From Vicinamibacteria bacterium (lineage in GTDB: Bacteria; Acidobacteriota; Vicinamibacteria; Marinacidobacterales; Marinacidobacteraceae), in contig OZ219815.1 of assembly GCA_964291235.2 (NCBI GenBank), positions 128,001-192,000 of the forward strand: a stretch of 64,000 nt of DNA, written 5' to 3'. The notes under the pieces were generated by a model, which searched no databases, was not told where the DNA came from, and was given only the letters and a program-made list of their open reading frames with translations. Positions 47,143 through 53,641 of this stretch are shown piece after piece. Position 1 is the first letter of the stretch, and the number at the start of each line of letters is the position of its first letter. A program made the position numbers and the translations under genes.

Positions 47143-48157
47143 CCTCGCGATTCGCGGGCTCGGCGTAGAACTGTCGGCAGTAGCGCCGGTACATCCCGAT
47201 CTCGCCGTCGGAGCGGCACAGGCTCGGGCGCGACCGGTACCGTTTCCGGCTCCAGATCTCCACGTCCTGCCTGACGTCGTGCTTCTGGAAGGTCAGCATC
47301 AACTTGTTCATGAGGTCGGTGCGGAGGGCCGGGGGGAGGAATCTCAGCCCCACGATCGGCCGTTTCGGTTTCCTGAGCCGCCGCAACTGGCTGACCAGCA
47401 CCAGATCGATCAGCGTGCCATCGACGGGCGTCGCTAGCACCCACAGGCGCCCGTCCATTCCAATGGACCGCTCGTGGAACTCCACGAACGAATATCCGAG
47501 CCCGACGACATGGGCGGTGGCAGAGACATCGAACGCGAGATCCACGATCCCGGCGACGCTTTGCGTGCGCCTGAAGTCAAAGCTACTCACCAGATGGGCG
47601 CCGTCCACGGTTACCGCGCCGACCCGACCGACATTGCCGTAGCCGTGCACGTACCGGAGGTGCGCCATGTCCACGGCGTTCTCACTCGTTTCCTGGGGGT
47701 GTCCCCGAAACCGGAGAGTCCGGAACGCCAATTCACACCAGTCGTCCCCGCCGGAAGGCTCTTCGGGAAGGCTCCACTGAGGGGGTCGTCGGTCGATGCC
47801 CCACCAGGCGAAGACGATGCCAAGGATTTCCCGCGTCTCGAATGCCGTCAGCTTCGCGGTCTTCGGCGGCGGGGCAAAGGGAGTGGCGACGCATTGCCCG
47901 CTGACGTCGAACTCGTAGCCGTGAAAGGGACAAACAAGACGGCCATCGCGCACCCGGCCGCCGGCGGCGGGGCCCAGTTCGGACCCGAGGTGCGGACAGA
48001 CCGACTCGGCCACCGAGATCCCGCCGGCATCGTCGCACCAGGCGACGATGTTCTTTCCCATCCAGGACTTCTGGATGAGCTTCACCTTCTCCAGGGACCG
48101 CCGGGTGGCAACGAAATACCAGCCCTCCGGGTACGGAGAGAGCGTGGATTCACTCAT
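47129..48157 (-). CDS. Rieske non-heme iron oxygenase/desaturase, Neverland/DAF-36/KshA-like
   Basis: C-terminal part of ORF 47129..49585, ATG 48157. PYPEGWY, CPHLG...CPFHG (2Fe-2S), ENAVDMAHLRYVH (mononuclear Fe), QDVEIWSRKRY..RP.L...DG.I..YRRYCRQFY. Confidence 0.88.
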   Translation of the reverse strand: MSESTLSPYPEGWYFVATRRSLEKVKLIQKSWMGKNIVAWCDDAGGISVAESVCPHLGSELGPAAGGRVRDGRLVCPFHGYEFDVSGQCVATPFAPPPKTAKLTAFETREILGIVFAWWGIDRRPPQWSLPEEPSGGDDWCELAFRTLRFRGHPQETSENAVDMAHLRYVHGYGNVGRVGAVTVDGAHLVSSFDFRRTQSVAGIVDLAFDVSATAHVVGLGYSFVEFHERSIGMDGRLWVLATPVDGTLIDLVLVSQLRRLRKPKRPIVGLRFLPPALRTDLMNKLMLTFQKHDVRQDVEIWSRKRYRSRPSLCRSDGEIGMYRRYCRQFYAEPANREATRP

Positions 48158-48252
48158 GCGTACTGACCGGCATTCTCGCCCAAGACTCGTAGCTCCTCCG
48201 CCGCCCCACCCGGCGGATCTGAATTCCAGGTGATCGAACTTCGCTTCGAGCG

Positions 48253-49473
48253 CTACTCCGCTGTCCGCACCCGCATTCCCTCGGTCGCGAACTGGATCCC
48301 ACCCACGACCACCTTCTGGCCGTCCTGTAGTCCACCGGTGACGTACACGTCGTCGTTGAAGCGTTGGAGCACGCGAACCGGCACAATCGTCACCGCATCG
48401 TCTCTGAGCGCCCAGACCTCGTTGCCCGGCCTGAGCGCCAGACGCCGGATCCGAAAGTACGCCTCGGGAGCGGCGCCGCCAATCTCGACATCCACAAACT
48501 GACCGACCAGCAGGGGCGGCGCCGAGAGCCCGGCCGGAGATTCGGCGCCCTCGCTCCCGTTGCGGCCCTCCACCGGGGAACCACCCACGAAGGGGTTCGG
48601 GACGCGCACGATCACATCGAGAGTCCGGGTCCCTTCGTCCACTGCCGCCTCGAATCGGTCCACGGTTCCCGCCCAGGCATAGCTGGTGGTTCCGTGCCTG
48701 GCGATGACGCGGGCTGCAACCCTGGTGTCTCCGGAGCCGGCCCGAAGTTCCCAAAGGCCCGGGATGAGCGCCGCGTCGGCGTCGGAAAGGGATACCACGA
48801 TCTCGACCGCATCGGAGGCGTAGATCGCTCCCACGCTCATTCCGGCGGTCACGAATTGCCCGACGCCCACCGTTTCGTGCCGGACTACGGCGTCGAAGGG
48901 CGCCTGGACCGCGGTCCGCGAGAGCAGGAGTTCGGCCTCCGCCAGGAGGGCGCGGTCCCGTTCCAGGGCAGCCCGCGCCGCCTCGAGTTGGGGCTCCCAC
49001 TGCGCCAGGGGACTGACGTCCGCGTTTTGTCCATCGCCCGCCCGGCTTCGGAACGCAGCGTACTGCTCCTTCGCGATCCGTGCTTCTTCCTCGACCTTCA
49101 GCAACTCGACCTGCTGGACGGCGACGCTGGCGCGCGCCTGCTCTCTCCGGTGGCGGTAGTCGGCGTCGTCGAGGCGGAAGACGACCTGGCCCTCGGTCAC
49201 CCGGCCGCCGCTTTCGAAAGCCGGATCGACCCAGACCACGCGTCCGCTCACCCCCGCGGCCACGTCCACCTGCACCCGAGGCCGCACGGTTCCGCTGCCG
49301 TACACCGGAATTGCGCCGGAGCCGGCGACCGCCGGGGCGGTGGACGCGAAGGGAATCTGCGAGGGAGGCTCCCGCCGCTCGGGTTCCGGCCGCTGGGCGA
49401 CCAGCAGGGCCGCAATCCCGAAGGATGCCAGCAGGATCGCCGCCGCCAGGACATATCCCTTGGTTCGATTCAT
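48253..49473 (-). CDS. RND efflux periplasmic adaptor (membrane fusion protein)
   Basis: N-terminal TM; GTVRP, VSGRVV, GG.V..GQV.F.LD..DY, RTAVQAPFDA.V, VDEGTRT, GLQDG. Confidence 0.92.
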   Translation of the reverse strand: MNRTKGYVLAAAILLASFGIAALLVAQRPEPERREPPSQIPFASTAPAVAGSGAIPVYGSGTVRPRVQVDVAAGVSGRVVWVDPAFESGGRVTEGQVVFRLDDADYRHRREQARASVAVQQVELLKVEEEARIAKEQYAAFRSRAGDGQNADVSPLAQWEPQLEAARAALERDRALLAEAELLLSRTAVQAPFDAVVRHETVGVGQFVTAGMSVGAIYASDAVEIVVSLSDADAALIPGLWELRAGSGDTRVAARVIARHGTTSYAWAGTVDRFEAAVDEGTRTLDVIVRVPNPFVGGSPVEGRNGSEGAESPAGLSAPPLLVGQFVDVEIGGAAPEAYFRIRRLALRPGNEVWALRDDAVTIVPVRVLQRFNDDVYVTGGLQDGQKVVVGGIQFATEGMRVRTAE

Positions 49474-51017
49474 CGGTCCGTCGCTCCTTTGGCCGTGGCG
49501 CGGGATCCGTCCATCGGTGCGCGGGCGATCTCGTCCGGAGGCGTCCAGGCGCCTCCCAGGGCGCGGTGAATGGCCAAACGGGCAAGAGAGAGGTTCCGTT
49601 CGGAACCCGCGAGAGCGGATTCCACCTCCAGGAGGTTCCCGGTGGCGTCCAGCAGGTCGCGGTAGCCGCCTACCCCCGACTCGTAGCGTTCTTTCTGGAG
49701 ACCCACGGAGGCTTGCGCCTCCTCCTGCTGCGCCAGCAACGATGCGCGGCGACGGCCCTCGTTCCTCAGCGTGGCAAGGGCCGCTTCCACCTCGTTCACC
49801 GCGGTCACCACCGTCTGCCCGTAGGCAGCGGCCAGTTCGTCAAAACGGAACTCGGCCAATTCGACGCCCTTCGCCAGGCGGCCGCCGTCGAACACCGGCC
49901 GAAGCAGGTTGGACGCCAGGTTCGCGAACCACTGCTGCACGTCGAACAGCCCGCCGCCATCCGTGCTCTGGAGCCCGATGGACCCACGGAGCGAGAGTTG
50001 CGGCATCAACGCCGCGCGACGCGCTTCGGCGGCGTGGCTGGCGGCCTCCAGCCGGTGTCCCGCCGCCTGGACGTCCGGCCGCTGCGACAGGAGGTCCGCC
50101 GGGATTCCGGCCGGCACAGGATCCACGGCAAGGGCGGAAGAAAGGGAATCGGGAAGGATCGCCATCACATCCTTGCGATACCCACCAAGCAGGATCGCGA
50201 GCCCGGATTCCGCCTCGGCAAGCTGGTTCTGGATTCCGGGCATTCCGGCCTCGGCGGCCGAAAGCGCCTGGCGCACGCGGTAGAGGTCGCTCGACCTCGC
50301 GAGTCCGCGTTCGTAGCGACCCCTGACCAGCCGCTCGCGCTCCTCCAGTACCTCTACCTGCCGCCGGGTGACGGTGAGTTGCCGCCGCAAATGGCCGATC
50401 TCAAAGTAAGCCGCGATCGTCTCGGCGAGGATTCCGATACGTGCGGCCTGCAGGTCGAACTCCGAGGCGAGCAGCTCGGATCCCGCGGCGAGCGCGGTGT
50501 GACGGGCGCGGCCCCAGAAATCGGCTTCGTAGGCGAAGTCGGCGCTCAGGGAATAGGTCGGGAAACCCAGCCGGTCGGGAAGCGGAAAGTCAAGGCCGAG
50601 ATCCTCGAGCTGCGCGCCAATGGCGGCGTTGGTCGGCACGTCGAAAGCATCGACCCCGGCGCGGGCTCCGACCACCGGCAGGATCGCCGCGTCGGCCAGC
50701 CGAGCCCGCGTCCTGGCCTGTTCGACCCGGGCCACCGCTTCCGCGACGGAAAAGTTGGAAGCGAGCACCGATTCGACCACCTGGTCGAGCGCCGGATCGG
50801 CGAAGGCCCGCCACCACTCCTGCGCCCGGTAGGGGCCGGCGCCGGGAGTCTCGACGAAGTCGCTCGGCAACTCCGGAGCCGCCTCCTGCGCTGGGGCCGG
50901 AGGAGCGGATCCGGAGACCAGGGAGCAACTGCCGACACCGCCGCCGACCAGGAACACGAAGCCCCAGGCGACGCCGATGGACGCCTGGATCTTCTGGCTG
51001 TTCAATCCGAGCAACAC
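49470..51017 (-). CDS. Outer-membrane efflux lipoprotein (TolC/NodT/OprM family)
   Basis: GGAGG SD, GTG 51017; VGSC lipobox; WWRAF.DP.L, YEADFWGR, PADLLSQRPDV.AA, P.FDGG, A..EVE.AL, ALGGAW. Confidence 0.93.
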   Translation of the reverse strand: MLLGLNSQKIQASIGVAWGFVFLVGGGVGSCSLVSGSAPPAPAQEAAPELPSDFVETPGAGPYRAQEWWRAFADPALDQVVESVLASNFSVAEAVARVEQARTRARLADAAILPVVGARAGVDAFDVPTNAAIGAQLEDLGLDFPLPDRLGFPTYSLSADFAYEADFWGRARHTALAAGSELLASEFDLQAARIGILAETIAAYFEIGHLRRQLTVTRRQVEVLEERERLVRGRYERGLARSSDLYRVRQALSAAEAGMPGIQNQLAEAESGLAILLGGYRKDVMAILPDSLSSALAVDPVPAGIPADLLSQRPDVQAAGHRLEAASHAAEARRAALMPQLSLRGSIGLQSTDGGGLFDVQQWFANLASNLLRPVFDGGRLAKGVELAEFRFDELAAAYGQTVVTAVNEVEAALATLRNEGRRRASLLAQQEEAQASVGLQKERYESGVGGYRDLLDATGNLLEVESALAGSERNLSLARLAIHRALGGAWTPPDEIARAPMDGSRATAKGATDR

Positions 51018-51095
51018 GCCTCCTCCGGACCTGAACCCGAGTTTATTCCAGAGGGGGCACGGCTCGAAACGAGATCGGCCGGCGCGGCGGGACGA

Positions 51096-52811
51096 TCACC
51101 AGCCGGCGGCGTGGCCCTCGCGCCGTTTGTCGGGTCCGCCGGAGAGGACTCCCGAACCGGGATAGATCTTGATCGCGTTCAGCATTCCGATCCGGTTCGG
51201 CGGCTGTCGGAGACGGTGGCCCCGGGCGTTCAGAGCCTCCCGCACCTCGTCGGAGAAGTCCTTTTCCAGGACGAGATCGGTTCCGTCCATGTACGGAATC
51301 GAGTTCGCCAGGTAGCGGACCACGAAACGCGGCGCGTCCACCGCCGCCGGCGCGTCCATCTCGTAATCCAGCGCTCGCACCAGCACCTGCACGATGGTCT
51401 GGGGAATCGTCCAGCCTCCCGCCGATCCGAGCGCGAAGTAGGGCTTGCCGTAGCGGGTCACGATGGTGGGGCTCATCACGAAGCGCGGCCGCTGACCACC
51501 CTCGATGACGTTCACGTCCTCGGTATCCAGGCTGAAGTAGGACATGCCGTTGTTGAAGATGATCCCGGTCTCGGGCACCACCACTCCCGCCGGAAGCATG
51601 AGCGTCTGGGTGATCGTCACCACGTTGTGGTCCTTGTCCACCACGGTGTGGTGGGTGGTGTGCTCGACCGCGGTGGGCAGGTCGTTCGTGGAGTGGACCG
51701 CCGCGTGAAACCGGGCGCGCGACGGGTCGATCCGGGCCGCCTGTTCGGCCGCGTATTCCTTGGAGAGCAGCCGGTCGAGCGGGATCCGGGCGTAGTCCTT
51801 CCCGGTGTTGTAGGCGTCCTCGTCCACGAAGGCGAGCTTCATGGCCTCCGAGACCAGGTGGACGAACTCCTCGGAGTTGTGTTCGAGCGCCGGCACATCG
51901 AACTGCTCGAGGATGTTCAGCGTCTGGAGAACGGTCATCCCCGAGCCGCCCGGCGGCTGGCTGTAAACCGTGTGGCCCCGGTAGGTAGTCGAGAGCGGTT
52001 CGCTCCAGCGAGCCCGATAGTTCTGGAAGTCCTCCACGGTGAGGATGCCGCCGTTTTGTCGGAAAAAGTCCACGACGGTCTCCGCCAGCCTTCCGCCGTA
52101 GAACACTTCCGGCCCGTCCGCGGCGATCGCCCTGAAGGTCTTCGCCAGGTCGGGCTGTTTCAGGATCTCGCCCACCGGCCAGGGCTTGCCGGCCTCGAAG
52201 AAGATGCTGGCGCCGTAGGGGTAGCGCGCCACGTCGGCGCCGAACCCACTGGTTCCAAAGGAGCCGTTCACCGCGGGGGTGACCGCAAAACCCCCCTCGG
52301 CGTATTCGATCGCCGGAGCCAGGACTTCGGCCCAGGACATCGAGCCGTACTCCTCGAGAAGCGCCGTCCAGCCGGCGAGGTTTCCGGGAACGAGCGGCGC
52401 CAGGAAGCTGTCGCGGGCGGGGTGGGTCCGGTCCCAGAGCTGGCTCCCCGCGGTAAACGCTTCGGGATCCGCCGCCGCTGGAGCCGCGCCGATGAAGTCC
52501 ACCGACCGGATGTCCCCCGTTTTTGCGTCGTGGATCAGGGCGTAGCCCCCGACGCCGCCGAGCCCGGACATCAGCGGTTCCACGACCGCTTTCACGGCCG
52601 CGCTCGCCACCGCGGCGTCGAAGGCGTTCCCGCCTGCCTGGAGCATGCGAAGCCCGGCCTGCGCCGCGAGCGGATGAGAGGTCACCACCATCCCGTTGAC
52701 GCTCATCCCGGCGCCTTCGGCGGGCTCGCGTAGCGAGGACGCGAGCAGCAGCGGGAGCCCCAGCAGCGGAGCCGCCCAGATGAGGGAGATTCGCCGTTTC
52801 GCGCGCATCAT
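51096..52811 (-). CDS. ggt: Gamma-glutamyltransferase
   Basis: GGAGG SD, ATG 52811; signal peptide; HPLAAQAG..ML.AGGNAFDAAVA, SGLGG, VPG, QPDLAKT, HTTHHTVVD (Thr nucleophile), MSPTIV, GSAGG, D.RREG. Confidence 0.93.
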   Translation of the reverse strand: MMRAKRRISLIWAAPLLGLPLLLASSLREPAEGAGMSVNGMVVTSHPLAAQAGLRMLQAGGNAFDAAVASAAVKAVVEPLMSGLGGVGGYALIHDAKTGDIRSVDFIGAAPAAADPEAFTAGSQLWDRTHPARDSFLAPLVPGNLAGWTALLEEYGSMSWAEVLAPAIEYAEGGFAVTPAVNGSFGTSGFGADVARYPYGASIFFEAGKPWPVGEILKQPDLAKTFRAIAADGPEVFYGGRLAETVVDFFRQNGGILTVEDFQNYRARWSEPLSTTYRGHTVYSQPPGGSGMTVLQTLNILEQFDVPALEHNSEEFVHLVSEAMKLAFVDEDAYNTGKDYARIPLDRLLSKEYAAEQAARIDPSRARFHAAVHSTNDLPTAVEHTTHHTVVDKDHNVVTITQTLMLPAGVVVPETGIIFNNGMSYFSLDTEDVNVIEGGQRPRFVMSPTIVTRYGKPYFALGSAGGWTIPQTIVQVLVRALDYEMDAPAAVDAPRFVVRYLANSIPYMDGTDLVLEKDFSDEVREALNARGHRLRQPPNRIGMLNAIKIYPGSGVLSGGPDKRREGHAAGW

Positions 52812-52908
52812 TCCGCCTCCTCCTGGAGAGAGCCGCCGGGAAGCTCCCGAAACGGCCGATGGTCCATCATAAGCACCTGGCGGAGGTGAGTAAGGATTCA
52901 CCCGACCG

Positions 52909-53577
52909 ATGCTTGCCCTGATTCTCTTCACTCTCCTGGTGCAGACCTCCCCCGTGTACGAAGTCCGCCGAGTCGCGGTCGAGGACGCCGCGCTCCTGGC
53001 CGCGGACGGACGGGAGTGGGATGGCGCCCGGGAGATCGGCTGGGGACCGGAGCCCTACCGCACGCGGTTCCGCGCGCTGTGGAACGAGCGCGGCCTCCAC
53101 CTGCGCTTCGAGTCCGAGGACGACGCGCCGTGGTTCACCATGACGAAGCGCGATGACCCGCTCTGGGAGGAAGAGGTGGTCGAGATCTTCCTCGACCCGC
53201 TGGGCGACGGACGCTACGTCGAAGTGGAGCTGAACCCGGCGAATGTGGTCTGTGACCTCCGGCGGCTCGGTCCGGACGAAACTGCTTCCGACCCCATCGG
53301 ACCCATGGATCGCGGCTTCTCGGTAGCCGGCATGGAGACCGCGGTCTCCACGTCGGAGGACCGCTGGACAGGAACTCTCTTCCTGCCGTGGGAGGGCCTC
53401 GGCCTGTCCGGCCCTCCCCGCCCCGGCATCGAAATTCCCTTCAACGTCTTCCGTATCAAGCGTCCGGGCGGACCCGAGGCGCCGGAGGCGGGGGCCGTCT
53501 TCGCCGCCTGGTCGCCGACGGGCAGTCCGAGCTTCCACGTTCCGGAAGCATTCCGCCCGCTGCGCTTCGTTCCGTGA
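52909..53577 (+). CDS. Carbohydrate-binding family 9-like (DOMON-like) protein
   Basis: TRFRALWN...L.L.F, RDDPLWEEEVVEIFLDP, Y.E.E.NP.N, N.FR, AWSPT..PSFHVPE.F. Confidence 0.82.
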   Translation: MLALILFTLLVQTSPVYEVRRVAVEDAALLAADGREWDGAREIGWGPEPYRTRFRALWNERGLHLRFESEDDAPWFTMTKRDDPLWEEEVVEIFLDPLGDGRYVEVELNPANVVCDLRRLGPDETASDPIGPMDRGFSVAGMETAVSTSEDRWTGTLFLPWEGLGLSGPPRPGIEIPFNVFRIKRPGGPEAPEAGAVFAAWSPTGSPSFHVPEAFRPLRFVP

Positions 53578-53641
53578 TCCACAAACCGGGTCTCGCGCGT
53601 AGCGGGCGCCATCGGGGATAGCCTCTCCCCGCTCACGTGAG

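Noticed and set aside
39170-48157. Steroid catabolic (9,10-seco) cluster or hopanoid methylation locus
   Set aside because: No kstD, kshB, hsaA-D or side-chain beta-oxidation genes are present; hopanoid methylases HpnP/HpnR are radical-SAM enzymes, unlike this class I SMT.
48158-49585. Apparent 818-aa Rieske fusion protein
   Set aside because: The N-terminal ~476 codons are an Arg/Gly/Pro-rich alternative frame over the MFP gene; the Rieske gene starts at ATG 48157.
49080-52733. 1217-aa plus-strand ORF
   Set aside because: Antisense shadow of the MFP, TolC and ggt genes; no domain motifs; long stop-free shadows are expected at this GC content.
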